Positions 45,888-56,500 of a stretch of 64,000 nucleotides of DNA are shown here, piece by piece; the stretch's first letter is position 1, and every line of letters begins with the position of its first letter. Both the position numbers and the translations under genes were made by a program. Below the pieces are notes generated by a model that ran no database searches, was not told where the DNA came from, and was given only the letters and a program-made list of their open reading frames with translations. The stretch comes from Bacteroidales bacterium. GTDB taxonomy: Bacteria; Bacteroidota; Bacteroidia; Bacteroidales; UBA3824. Location: contig JAKSLV010000002.1 of the NCBI GenBank assembly GCA_024401025.1, forward strand, positions 43-64,042. Reading direction: 5' to 3'.

Positions 45888-47273
45888 TTAGAATGCGGTG
45901 TCCTTGTCCTTGCGGAATATCACGTTGGTTACAGTGCGTACTATGATGCGGATGTCGAGCCAGAGGCTCCAGTTTTCCAGATACCAAATATCCTTGCGGA
46001 TGCGCTCCTCCATCTGCCAGAGCTCCTTGGTTTCGCCGCGCGAGCCTGTTACCTGTGCCCAGCCCGTGATGCCCGGCTTGGCATAATGGCGCACCATGTA
46101 TTTGTCCACAAGCTGACCATACTGATCGGTATGTGCCAGCATGTGGGGACGTGGACCCACGATACTCATGCTGCCAAACAGCACATTGAAAAACTGAGGC
46201 AGCTCGTCGAGGTTGGTTTTGCGCATGAAGTTGCCGAACGGATACTTGCGGGGATCGTTTACAGTGGCCTGAATCTTGTCGGCATCCTTGTTTACCTTCA
46301 TGCTCCTGAACTTGAAACACTTGAAAGTCTCGCCATCTTTTCCGGTGCGCTCCTGCACAAAGAACACAGGACCCGGCGACGATATCTTGATGATGATGGC
46401 GGTGATAAGCATTACCGGCGAGAGCAATATGATGGCCAGAAGCGAGAACACGAAATCGAACACACGCTTGATGCCACGGTTGAAAGGATTTGTGAGCGGC
46501 TCGCGGCGCATCGATATCACTGGGAACTGGTCGATGAACTCTAGGTTCATGGCGCGGTTCATATAGTTCTGGGTATTGAGTACCGAATAGAATTTCACCA
46601 AATGGTTTTCGCAATAAGTGATTACGGAATTGATCTCCTCGGCGCGGCTGGGGTCCAGATTGCAGATGATGGCCTCCACCTTGTGTGACTGAAGGTAAGG
46701 AATAAGTTCAGACACATTGCCGAGCCTTGGCAGCAATCCGCCGAGATTCTTCGACTCCGTATTCTCGAAATATCCGTGCACATTGTATCCAGTGCCGGGA
46801 TTCTTGATGGTGTTGTAGAGCATCTTCAGGTTTACACCGGCGCCCAGGAAAACCACATCACAGTTGTCGTGATTGCTGCGGCGCAGCGATGCTGCTATGT
46901 TTTTGTCGAGAAGTCGCGATATCAGAAGCACCAGAGTGGTGGATACTGCAAGTATAAGAATGTGTAGATTGCTGATGCCGTAGTTTTTCAGCAGGAAGTT
47001 GCCCACGATAAACAGCAACATCATAAGCACGCTGGTCCAGAAACTGCGCACCATGATAAAATCCAGACGCACCAGCCTTACAATGGCCAGCGGCGGCATC
47101 ACAAGATAAGAGACAATGTAGCTGATGTTCCACACCAAAAAACCCCATGGCACATCAAGGGTGGGCATAAAATTTATTGCTCCAAAAAACAATGCGTTCA
47201 GCAGCAGCAGATCCACTATCAATGTGCACCACATCGAGATAGAATTCTGTGATGGTATCTGGTGATTAATCAT
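45888..47273 (-). CDS. Polyprenyl-phosphate hexose-1-phosphate transferase (WbaP/exopolysaccharide initiating sugar transferase)
   Basis: N-terminal TM bundle, then the C-terminal bacterial sugar-transferase domain (FKCFKFRSM, DELPQFFNVLFGSMSIVGPRP, PGITGWAQV). Confidence 0.85.
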   Translation of the reverse strand: MINHQIPSQNSISMWCTLIVDLLLLNALFFGAINFMPTLDVPWGFLVWNISYIVSYLVMPPLAIVRLVRLDFIMVRSFWTSVLMMLLFIVGNFLLKNYGISNLHILILAVSTTLVLLISRLLDKNIAASLRRSNHDNCDVVFLGAGVNLKMLYNTIKNPGTGYNVHGYFENTESKNLGGLLPRLGNVSELIPYLQSHKVEAIICNLDPSRAEEINSVITYCENHLVKFYSVLNTQNYMNRAMNLEFIDQFPVISMRREPLTNPFNRGIKRVFDFVFSLLAIILLSPVMLITAIIIKISSPGPVFFVQERTGKDGETFKCFKFRSMKVNKDADKIQATVNDPRKYPFGNFMRKTNLDELPQFFNVLFGSMSIVGPRPHMLAHTDQYGQLVDKYMVRHYAKPGITGWAQVTGSRGETKELWQMEERIRKDIWYLENWSLWLDIRIIVRTVTNVIFRKDKDTAF

Positions 47274-47382
47274 ACTATTACAATGTTGGGTTATTTGATT
47301 TATGTTTTATTTGTAAATAATAATTGCCCTGCCGAAACAAAGGCTGTCAAATTTACATAATAAATGCAAAAAACAGAAAATT

Positions 47383-48537
47383 TTATTTCAAAATATTTTC
47401 TGCAATTTTGTAAGCCTCTGAGTTTGTTGCTATTATATCATCAAGACTTGGTGATTTCAGGAACGAAATCTTGTCGATGGTCTTCTCTATGAGATCGCTC
47501 ATCTCCAGGAAACCAATCCTGTCTTGAAGGAAATATTTTACGGCCACCTCGTTGGCGGCATTCATAGCGCAAGGGATGTTGCCTCCGCGGCGCGCGCTCT
47601 CGAAAGCCAGTCCAAGGTTTCGGAACACGTCTAGGTCGGGTTTCTCGAATGTGAGACCATTGGGCAGCGAGAAGAAATCCACCCTTGGGAAATCGCTCTT
47701 CAATCTATCGGGATATCCTATGGCAAACTGTATCGGCAGCCTCATATCAGGAGCTCCCATCTGAACCTTCACCGATCCGTCCTCGAACTGCACGCCCGAA
47801 TGGATGATGCTCTGAGGATGCACCAAGACCTCTATCTTGTCGATTGGAACTTGGAAAAGGTGCATTGCCTCTATTGTCTCCAGACCCTTGTTCATCAGCG
47901 ATGCCGAATCTATGGTAACCTTGGCTCCCATGTTCCAGTTGGGATGCTTCAGGGCCTGCTCCTTCCTTACAGTGGCAAGGAACTCACGGTTTTTTCCGCG
48001 GAAAGGGCCGCCCGATGCGGTAAGGAGAATCTTCTCTATCTCGTTGTTGGTTTCGCCTATAAGTGATTGAAATATAGCGGAATGCTCGCTGTCTACGGGG
48101 AGTATTGGCACACGGTTTTCCACGGCCTCGCGTATCACTATGTCGCCGGCGGCCACCAGAGTCTCCTTGTTGGCCAGGGCTATGGTCTTCTTGTGGCGAA
48201 TGGCATTCACCGTAGGTATCAGGCCCGCATAGCCCACCATGGCGGCCACCACAATGTCCACCGTATCAAACTCCACCACCTGCGATATTGCGTCGCGTCC
48301 GGCATACACCTTTATAGGATACTTCTCCAAAGCTTCTTTGGTTTGCTGATACTTACTCTCATCAGCAATAACCACGGCGTTTGGACCAAACTCTATGGCC
48401 TGTTTTACAAGCAGTTCCCAGTTGCTGCCGGCTGTAAGCACCTCGGCGCAGAATCTGTCGGGGTTTCTTCTTATAACATCCAAAGTCTGGGTGCCGATGC
48501 TTCCGGTACATCCCAGTATAGCGATACGTCTCTGCAT
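47383..48537 (-). CDS. dxr: 1-deoxy-D-xylulose-5-phosphate reductoisomerase
   Basis: IAILGCTGSIGTQTLDV, LANKETLV, DSEHSAIFQ and NKGLE are canonical Dxr motifs. Confidence 0.95.
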   Translation of the reverse strand: MQRRIAILGCTGSIGTQTLDVIRRNPDRFCAEVLTAGSNWELLVKQAIEFGPNAVVIADESKYQQTKEALEKYPIKVYAGRDAISQVVEFDTVDIVVAAMVGYAGLIPTVNAIRHKKTIALANKETLVAAGDIVIREAVENRVPILPVDSEHSAIFQSLIGETNNEIEKILLTASGGPFRGKNREFLATVRKEQALKHPNWNMGAKVTIDSASLMNKGLETIEAMHLFQVPIDKIEVLVHPQSIIHSGVQFEDGSVKVQMGAPDMRLPIQFAIGYPDRLKSDFPRVDFFSLPNGLTFEKPDLDVFRNLGLAFESARRGGNIPCAMNAANEVAVKYFLQDRIGFLEMSDLIEKTIDKISFLKSPSLDDIIATNSEAYKIAENILK

Positions 48538-48551
48538 TTTTTCTAATTTAT

Positions 48552-48572
48552 AATTAAGAATTAAGAATTAAG
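48552..48572 (-). repeat. Short heptamer array (AATTAAG x3 on plus strand) just upstream of dxr
   Basis: Three perfect units at 48552-58, 48559-65 and 48566-72, located 15 nt from the dxr ATG. Confidence 0.85.
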
Positions 48573-48588
48573 AGCCTCATTAATATTT

Positions 48589-48679
48589 AATCTCTACTCT
48601 CTAATCCTTAATCTCTAATCTCCAATCCTTAATCTCTAATCTCCAATCTCTAATCTCTAATCTCCAATCTCTAAACTCT
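48589..48679 (-). repeat. 13-unit heptamer array (minus strand AGAGATT / GGAGATT / AAGGATT) starting in the M23 peptidase stop codon
   Basis: Thirteen contiguous 7-nt units counted on the plus strand (consensus AATCTCT). The M23 gene stop TAG (48680-48678, minus strand) overlaps the first unit. This is the same ATTAGAG family and the same orientation relative to the upstream gene as at 31217. Confidence 0.95.
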
Positions 48680-49511
48680 AATAAGCAATATACTGCTCGG
48701 GATTTACGGCCACACCATTGTGCCAGAGCTCGAAATGGAGATGAGGACCCGATGTAAACTCGCCCGAGTTTCCTATGATGGCGATAGGTTCGCCGGCCTC
48801 CACCTTGTCGCCCTGTTTCTTCAGGAGGGTGGAATTGTGCTTGTATATCGATACCATGTTGTTGTCGTGCTGAACCTGTATCACGTATCCGGTCTCCACG
48901 CTCCAAGTAGCCATTATCACGGTGCCGGGCAGAGTGCTCAGGATAGGCTCGTCGCCCTTGGCGGCAATGTCGATTCCGGGATGGTTTACATCAAACTTGG
49001 TGGTGATGGTTCCCTTTACAGGCATGTAGAACGACATCTTTTTCAGGCGGTCCTGATTGCTGCCACCCACCACGGCCATGGTTTTCTGCTCCTCTTCCTC
49101 TATGAGGGTCTGGAGTATGGAATCGTGCTTGTTTTTGGTGAAATCGAATTTCTGACGCTCGATAACGGAGTCGGCCACAGTCTCGGCGGTCTCCAGGCGT
49201 CCGTCCATTAGGTTGCTGATGGTGGCGAAATATTCCTCGCGCACGTCAATCACATTCTCAAGGCTGTCCACACGGGTAGCCAGAGCCAGCATGTCGTCGC
49301 GGTAGCTGTTGAGCGACCTGCTGGGCATCAGGACGTTGAGCGGGGTATATGCAAACAAGAGCCATACCAATGCGCCTATCAGCACAACGGCTATTCCTAT
49401 GTATGCCACGATGTTTACCGAGGTGAGACGGAACGACCATCTCTCCTGCAATGTATCCTCGTCGTATACGGTAAGCTTGTAGCTCTTGCGTTCCTTTTTT
49501 TCCTTTGCCAT
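48678..49511 (-). CDS. M23 family metallopeptidase (membrane-anchored)
   Basis: One N-terminal TM, then HPGIDIAA..., GNSGEFTSGPHLHFELW, the LytM/M23 motifs. Confidence 0.88.
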   Translation of the reverse strand: MAKEKKERKSYKLTVYDEDTLQERWSFRLTSVNIVAYIGIAVVLIGALVWLLFAYTPLNVLMPSRSLNSYRDDMLALATRVDSLENVIDVREEYFATISNLMDGRLETAETVADSVIERQKFDFTKNKHDSILQTLIEEEEQKTMAVVGGSNQDRLKKMSFYMPVKGTITTKFDVNHPGIDIAAKGDEPILSTLPGTVIMATWSVETGYVIQVQHDNNMVSIYKHNSTLLKKQGDKVEAGEPIAIIGNSGEFTSGPHLHFELWHNGVAVNPEQYIAY

Positions 49512-49529
49512 ATTATGTCTGAAAAGAGA

Positions 49530-49997
49530 TTACAATTTGGGATAAGATATCTTGCACTCGATAATGAAGCATCCGGGAAACTGGGCCTCGATGGCTTTCT
49601 TTAGCTTGGTGGCCTCCAGACGCGAGCGGCAGTTACCGGCCCTCACCTTGAAGTAGGGAGCCTCGTAGAATACGTACGCATCCTCGCCGGTATCGCAGTC
49701 GCGCTTGAACTTCTCTACTACTGATTCTGCCTTTTTCTGCGCGTCAACTCCGGAATCGAAGAAAATCTGTACGCTGTAGCCATACGAATGGCGTTTCTTG
49801 TTGGCTTCGATGATGCCGATCTCCACATTCTTGAGCGCGGGATTGCAGTTTACCTTGGCCGTAGCATAGCTGTTGTCAGACGGAAACATGCCAAGCTCCG
49901 ACAAATCGTAAAGTGTAGTCTGAGCCTTTATAGTACTGATAAACAAGAGATTGCAAACCAGCACACATACCAAGGCCACAAAAAATCTGAATTTCAT
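49530..49997 (-). CDS. SPOR domain protein
   Basis: Signal/TM MKFRFFVALVCVLVCNLLF, and a C-terminal SPOR-like beta-alpha-beta repeat (YSVQIFFDSG...AQKKAESVVEKFK...YFKVRAGNCRSRLEATKLKKAI). Start moved to ATG 49997. Confidence 0.7.
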   Translation of the reverse strand: MKFRFFVALVCVLVCNLLFISTIKAQTTLYDLSELGMFPSDNSYATAKVNCNPALKNVEIGIIEANKKRHSYGYSVQIFFDSGVDAQKKAESVVEKFKRDCDTGEDAYVFYEAPYFKVRAGNCRSRLEATKLKKAIEAQFPGCFIIECKISYPKL

Positions 49998-50100
49998 ATC
50001 AATTTGGAATATAAATACTTTTCTAAAATTGCAAAAAAAGCGAAAAAACACTAAATTTGCAAGTACAAAAATAGTGTTTTTTTATAATACATACAAAAAA

Positions 50101-51150
50101 ATGACAGAAGAATTGGAAAACGAATACACTTCGATCCCCAACGGCAAGGCGGGACTGGTGGAGAGAATCAAGAGCGGAGCATCAGAGAGCCACTCTCAGA
50201 CTGTAATGGGCATAGGCGACGACTGCGCCATACTCGACTACGGCAGCGCCGACACACTAATGAGCACCACGATTTTTGCCGAGGGCATCCATTTCGACCT
50301 CACATACACCCCCATAAAGCACCTGGGATACAAGGTGGTGGTGGCCGCCATATCCGACATTCTGGCCATGAACGGAACACCGCTGCACGTATCCATAGCG
50401 CTGGCCGTAAGCAACAAGGTGATGCAGCAGCACATCCTGGAATTCTATGACGGCGTACACGCCGCATGCCATGAATACGACATCGACCTTGTGGGAGGCG
50501 ACCTGAGCACCGCGCGCACCGGCGTTACGATAGCCGTTACCGCCATGGGCGAGGCATACGACAACGAGATTGTGTACCGCAACGGCGCTCAGCCCACCGA
50601 CCTTATATGCGTTACCGGAAACCTGGGCGGCGCATACATGGGCCTGCAGCTGCTGGAGAGAGAGAAAACACTCTTCAACGCCAACCCTGGACAGCAGCCT
50701 CAGCTCTCCGGAAACGACTACATACTGCGCCGACAGCTGAAGCCTGAGGCTAAGGCCGAGGTGCTCAAGTATCTGAAGGCCAAAGACGTGAAACCCACTG
50801 CGATGATAAACCTGAGCAGCGGACTGGCATCGGAGCTGATGAACATCTGCCGAGCCAGCAAGATGGGCTGCGAGATTTTCGAGGAGAGGATTCCGATACA
50901 TCCCGACACAGAGAAGATGGCCAAGGAATTCAACATAAACCCGATAGTAACCGCCCTTAACGGCGGCGAGGACTACGAGCTGCTGTTCACCATTCCGCTG
51001 GGATGCTACGAGAAGATAAAGGAGAACGACTTCTTCTCTATAATAGGATCCATCAACAAGGAGGAGCTTGGCAGCAACGTGGTATTGAGGGACGGATCGA
51101 TAATTCCGCTGGAGCCATCGCTAAACAGCCAGACTTTCCAAAACCAGTAG
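50101..51150 (+). CDS. thiL: Thiamine-monophosphate kinase
   Basis: GIGDDCAIL, the AIR-synthase-like fold motif GGDLS, and the GEDYELLFT motif. Start moved to ATG 50101 (MTEELEN), avoiding overlap with the SPOR gene. Confidence 0.85.
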   Translation: MTEELENEYTSIPNGKAGLVERIKSGASESHSQTVMGIGDDCAILDYGSADTLMSTTIFAEGIHFDLTYTPIKHLGYKVVVAAISDILAMNGTPLHVSIALAVSNKVMQQHILEFYDGVHAACHEYDIDLVGGDLSTARTGVTIAVTAMGEAYDNEIVYRNGAQPTDLICVTGNLGGAYMGLQLLEREKTLFNANPGQQPQLSGNDYILRRQLKPEAKAEVLKYLKAKDVKPTAMINLSSGLASELMNICRASKMGCEIFEERIPIHPDTEKMAKEFNINPIVTALNGGEDYELLFTIPLGCYEKIKENDFFSIIGSINKEELGSNVVLRDGSIIPLEPSLNSQTFQNQ

Positions 51151-51156
51151 ACCAAC

Positions 51157-52302
51157 ATGACAGGCGACAGAATAGAGCCGGTGATAAACGTCGGCATAGG
51201 CACTTTCGGCAAGGTGACGTACTCGCAGTGCGGACAGGCACACACAGTATCAGCCCCCGACTGCCCGATATATATAAAGGAGGTGAAGGGCCAGCCCATC
51301 GAGATTTGCGATGTGGAGATAGGCATCAGCTTCCACTGGAACAAGAGGGAGGCCCAGAAGTTCCAAGGCGACATCAGGCTTGAGAACCACGGCGGCAAGG
51401 TGTTGGCCATAAACACCATACGCCTGGAAGACTACATCACCAGCGTGATATCGTCGGAGATGAACGGCGACAATCCGCTGGAGCTGCTGAAGGCCCACGC
51501 CGTGATATCGCGCAGCTGGCTGATGGCCCAGATTTCGTATGCCCCGCTCGACGGAGAAAAGCTGGCATCAGACACCGAGATATCCACCTGGTACGACAGG
51601 GACGCCCACCAGCTGTTCCACGTATGCGCCGACGACCACTGTCAGAGGTATCAGGGAATAACGCGCGCCCACAACCCCAACGTGAAGAAGGCCATAGACG
51701 CCACCCGCGGCATGATGCTGACCTACGAGGGCGACGTGTGCGACGCCAGATTCTCCAAGTGCTGCGGAGGCAGGAGCGAGCTGTTCGAGAGCTGCTGGCA
51801 GCCGGTGCATTTCCCGTATCTGGAATCGGTGGAATGTCCCTACTGCAACACCCACGACCAGGAGCTGCTATCCAAGGTGCTGAACAGCTACGACCTGGCC
51901 ACCAAGAACTTCCACAACTGGACCGAACATCTGGACGCCGGATTCGTAAGCCGCAACATACTGGAGAAAACCGGCCACGACCTGGGCGACATCATAAGCA
52001 TGGAGCCGCTGGACCGCGGACCTTCGGGACGCATCACAAGGCTGAAAATATCAGGCTCCAAAAAGACAATGATATTCGGCAAGGAGCTGGAGGTAAGGCG
52101 CATACTAAGCCGCACACACCTCTACAGCTCGGCCTTCGAGGTGGAAAGGCAGGGCGACATCTTCGAGCTGCGCGGCTGGGGCTGGGGACACGGCGTGGGC
52201 CTATGCCAGATAGGCGCGGCCGTAATGGCCAGCCAGGGCAAGAGCTACACCGAGATACTCAGCCACTACTACCCCAAGGCCCGGATATCGCAAATGTATT
52301 AG
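51157..52302 (+). CDS. SpoIID/LytB-domain protein (peptidoglycan lytic transglycosylase-like)
   Basis: EDYITSVISSEM, LKAHAVISRSW, CADDHCQRYQG, FSKCCGG and GWGWGHGVGLCQIGA are characteristic SpoIID motifs. Confidence 0.8.
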   Translation: MTGDRIEPVINVGIGTFGKVTYSQCGQAHTVSAPDCPIYIKEVKGQPIEICDVEIGISFHWNKREAQKFQGDIRLENHGGKVLAINTIRLEDYITSVISSEMNGDNPLELLKAHAVISRSWLMAQISYAPLDGEKLASDTEISTWYDRDAHQLFHVCADDHCQRYQGITRAHNPNVKKAIDATRGMMLTYEGDVCDARFSKCCGGRSELFESCWQPVHFPYLESVECPYCNTHDQELLSKVLNSYDLATKNFHNWTEHLDAGFVSRNILEKTGHDLGDIISMEPLDRGPSGRITRLKISGSKKTMIFGKELEVRRILSRTHLYSSAFEVERQGDIFELRGWGWGHGVGLCQIGAAVMASQGKSYTEILSHYYPKARISQMY

Positions 52303-52305
52303 CCA

Positions 52306-53541
52306 ATGAACAGGAAACCAATACACTGGGTGCCCACGCTGTATCTGGCGGAGGGCATTCCATACACCATAGTAAACATACTCAGCGTCATATTCCTGAA
52401 GCTGAAGGGTCTGGACAACGACATGATAGCCCTCTACACCGGCTGGATGAATCTGCCGTGGTTGATAAAGCCGATATGGAGCCCCGTGGTGGAGATGCTG
52501 CGCACATCCAAATTCTGGGTGGTGCTGTGCCAGATAGTGATGGGCGGCGCGCTGGCCTCGATAGGCCTCACCATAGAAGCCGACAGCTGGCTTACATGTT
52601 GCATAACGGCGCTGTGGCTGCTGGCGTTCATGTCGGCCACACACGACATTGCCGCCGACGGCTACTACATAGAGGCCCTCAGCCAGGAGCAGCAGTCGGC
52701 ATGGGTGGGCATCAGGAGCACATTCTACAAGATAGCCATGCTGCTCTGCCAGGGCGGCATAGTTACCATGGCCGGATACCTTGAAACCGTCTACGGAGTG
52801 GATGCGGCATGGAAGATAGCCTTTGGCGGGCTGGCAGTAATGATGGCGGCTTTTGGATTCTACCACATCATGGCCATGGGCAACACCGGCAGGCAAACAC
52901 AGGAGCATCAGGAGAAGAGATCGCTGGGCAAACTGATAAAGAGCTACTTCTGCAAGGACGGCATAGGCCTGATGCTGGCGTTTCTGCTGCTGTACCGCCT
53001 GGGCGAATCGCAGCTAAGCAAGATATCGCAGCTATTCATGCTCGACAGCGTGGAAAAAGGCGGCCTGGGACTATCTACCGCCAACCTGGGCGTCATAAGC
53101 GGAACCTTCGGCCTTATAGCCATGAGCGTGGGCGGCATACTGGGCGGCCTGGTGATATCAAGGCAAGGCCTCAGGAAGTGGCTGATACCGATGATACTGG
53201 CACTCAACATCCCCGACGTATTCTACGCCATAATGTCGGCGTATCAGATACAAAATCTTCCCGCCATCACCGCCATGGTGAGCGTGGAGCAGTTTGGCTA
53301 CGGATTCGGATTCGCGGCCTACTCGGTATACATGCTGAAGATGAGCCAGGGCCAGTACAACACCGCCCACTATTCGATATCCACCGCCTTCATGGCCCTG
53401 GGCATGATGCTGCCGGGCATGCTGAGCGGTTTCATACAGCAGGCGCTGGGATACACGGGATTCTTTGTATGGGTACTGATATGCTGTGTGCCGTCGGTGG
53501 CGGTGGCCGTGATGGCAAAGGCAAGGATGGAAAAGCAATAG
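52306..53541 (+). CDS. ampG: AmpG-family MFS muropeptide permease
   Basis: About 12 TM helices. N-terminal YLAEGIPYTIVN... and W.....P.W.P motifs are typical of AmpG-type MFS proteins. Confidence 0.7.
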   Translation: MNRKPIHWVPTLYLAEGIPYTIVNILSVIFLKLKGLDNDMIALYTGWMNLPWLIKPIWSPVVEMLRTSKFWVVLCQIVMGGALASIGLTIEADSWLTCCITALWLLAFMSATHDIAADGYYIEALSQEQQSAWVGIRSTFYKIAMLLCQGGIVTMAGYLETVYGVDAAWKIAFGGLAVMMAAFGFYHIMAMGNTGRQTQEHQEKRSLGKLIKSYFCKDGIGLMLAFLLLYRLGESQLSKISQLFMLDSVEKGGLGLSTANLGVISGTFGLIAMSVGGILGGLVISRQGLRKWLIPMILALNIPDVFYAIMSAYQIQNLPAITAMVSVEQFGYGFGFAAYSVYMLKMSQGQYNTAHYSISTAFMALGMMLPGMLSGFIQQALGYTGFFVWVLICCVPSVAVAVMAKARMEKQ

Positions 53542-53569
53542 CATCAGACACAACAACACAAAAAAGCAG

Positions 53570-56500
53570 ATGACAGATAATGGCAACAACATAGAGCAAA
53601 AGCCGGTGAGGAAGGCATCCCGCTGGAAAACGCTGACAAAACTGCTGCTGACGGCGGCTCTCATTGTCGGCGCGCTTCAGTATGTGGGCTATTACTGTGC
53701 CTATCCGCTGCTGAAAGACCGCATCTGCAATGGAGTGCACAACAAGAGCCAGGGCCTCTACACCATGGATTTCAGCGACTTCCGCATCGACCTCCTGGGC
53801 CAGAAGATTATCCTGGACAATTTTTCCCTGCGGGCTGATACTGCCGTATATCTGCAGCGCATAGAGCGTGAGCACTACAACAAGGCCATATACAACATCT
53901 CGGTGGAATCGCTGAAGATAAACCACATAGGCATAAAGTCGTTTTTCTCGAACAACGAGCTGTATATAAAGGAGATAATGATGCAGAGCCCCGAAATACG
54001 CCTTGTGGGCAAGCCCGACAAATCGAAGAACGAGAAGGTGAAGTACGACGCCGTGCACACCGACCTCTACCCTCTGCTGAAGCCATACTTCGACGCGCTC
54101 AACATCAGGAAGATAGTGATAAACGACGGCTATTTCGACTTCCGCCTGCGCATCAGCGACAATCAGGAGCAGTTTGGAATCAGCAAGATAGACATCACGC
54201 TGAGGAACTTTTTCCTGAACGAGGACAAGTTTGTGAAGAAAAACCAGTTTTTCTATTCCGACGTTATAGAGATAGGATCGCGCAACTATGTGATAAACCT
54301 GGCCGACAGCATCCACAGCATCACAGCCGAGCATCTGCAGATATCCACCGCCGACTCGTCGATACACGCCAGCAACGTGATGATGAAGAGCAACATGAGG
54401 ACCTACACGCAGAAAAACCGTTTCGACGTGTCACTAAAGGAGATTCAGATAAACGGCCTCGACATCAGCCGCGCCTACTTCGACAAGGACGTAAACCTGA
54501 GCAAGGTTGTGATAAAGGAGCCCACCATAAAATTCGCCAAGGGCGGCAGGGTAAACCGCGAGACCAAGAAATTTGAGGGCACCGGCGAGAACTGGTATCC
54601 TATTATAAAAGGTACTCTGCGCCGCATAGCCATCGACAGCCTGGAGGTGGAGGGCGCGTCGCTGAGCATATCGAAGCCTCAGGTGAGCGCGCAGCCGCTA
54701 TACAACGTGGGCAACGTAAACATAGTGCTTGAGGGTTTCGAGCTGGATTCGCTGGCCTACCGCAACAAGAACAAGATTCTGTATTCCAACGATCTGGACG
54801 TGGTATTGAACGACTACCGCATGATGCTGCCCGACAACACCCATCAGCTAACGGCCGACAACCTGATGCTGAGCACCAAGACCGAAATACTGCACGCCGA
54901 CAAGATAAAGATAAGCCCCACAAGATACGTTAACGATTCCACGGGGAAAACCATGCGCATATCCATACCTCTGCTGGAGCTATCCGGAATCGACATGCGC
55001 AGGGCCTACAATCAGAAGGACTTCAACATAGGAACCATAAAGATATCCATGCCCGACATCAAGACCCGGAGCTTCATAGACAGCCTTCAGGCCAACGGCG
55101 CGCCCAAGCAGCGCACCAGACTGCTGTCGGCATTGTCGGATGAGTTTTTCCACTCGCTGAAAATCCGCAACCTTCAGATATACAAGGGTATGGTAGACAT
55201 CACATCTAAAGCCTACATCAAGGAGGACAGCCTTACTCTATCGGGCAAGCTCTCGCTGAACATAGGCAACTTTGTGGTGAACAGCGCCACCCTGGCCGAC
55301 GACATTCTGCCGTTCAGGACCAGCAGCGTAAAGATAAGCCTCGACGATGCCGTGGTGAAACCCTCCAAGAGTCCGCACACCCTGCGCTGCAAGAATTTCA
55401 TGCTCGACACTCATAACGATATGGTGAAGATATCGCAGTTCAGCTACACCGCCGAGAGCGATACCAGCCTCGTAAGCACGCTGCGCCGCCTGGGCAAGCA
55501 CACCATAATGGACATCCGCATCGACAAGAGCGAGTTTACCAAAACCGAGCTGCTGGAGGCGCTCTATCACGGCAAAATAAACATAGAATCGCTTAAGATA
55601 AGCAATCCGCAGTTCCAGATGAGCGTTTACCCTCAGCTGAGGGCCCACCGCGATTCCATACGACAGATGCGCCTGCCTGATTCTGCCACAATGCACTATA
55701 TGGATTCCATAATGCTGAAATTCAGCGACATGGAACAGCTGCTGGCACGCCGCATCCCCAAGGAGCTGTCGCTGATAAAGGTAGACACGCTAACGGCCGA
55801 CAGCAGCGTGTTCAAGTTTGTGGTGCGCGATACTTTGGACAACATAGTTACCGGCACGTCGTCGGACTTCATGTTCAGGGCCAACGGATTCTACTTCAGC
55901 CACGACAGCATATCGCCCAACGCCAACATAATGCTGGCCAACGGCTACATGATGGATATCAACAACTTCCACTTCATGCTGCCGGGCAAGACCCACATAG
56001 CGCAGTGCGGCAACATCAGGATAGACACCTACGACAGCCTGATAAAGGCCACCGACATATCCATATCGCCGTTCGACAGGGAGCGCACCCAGGGCCGCGC
56101 CCAGATTACGGCGCAGTGTCCGGAGCTTACGATAACGGGAGCAGATTTTGCCACGCTCAACAGCAGCGGCATACTGCCCATAAGCAGCCTCACGTTCAAC
56201 AACAGCGTGGCCACGTTCACGAAAAAGGATACTGCCCTGATGCCGCCCCAAAACAGGGACACCACACGCCGCAAGAAAATTTTCAGAGGATTGAGCATCG
56301 ACTCGCTCACAGCCCTCAACAACAACTTCGGCATCAGCAACCACAACGGCCACAGGGTGATGAACGTGGATTTCGACCTCACAAGCCGCAACGTGAGCAT
56401 CGACAGCGCCAACCTCGCAAGCAAGGGCCACCTGGTATCGTTCGACAGCACGTATCTGGATGCCCAAAACTTCAGAATCAGGATAAAGGAAAACGAGATA

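Noticed and set aside
48601-48906. 101-aa ORF ending in ...LEFRDWRLEIRDWRLEIKDWRLEIKD
   Set aside because: The repetitive tail is just the translation of the heptamer array (three units make one 7-aa period). The rest overlaps the M23 peptidase C-terminus in another frame.
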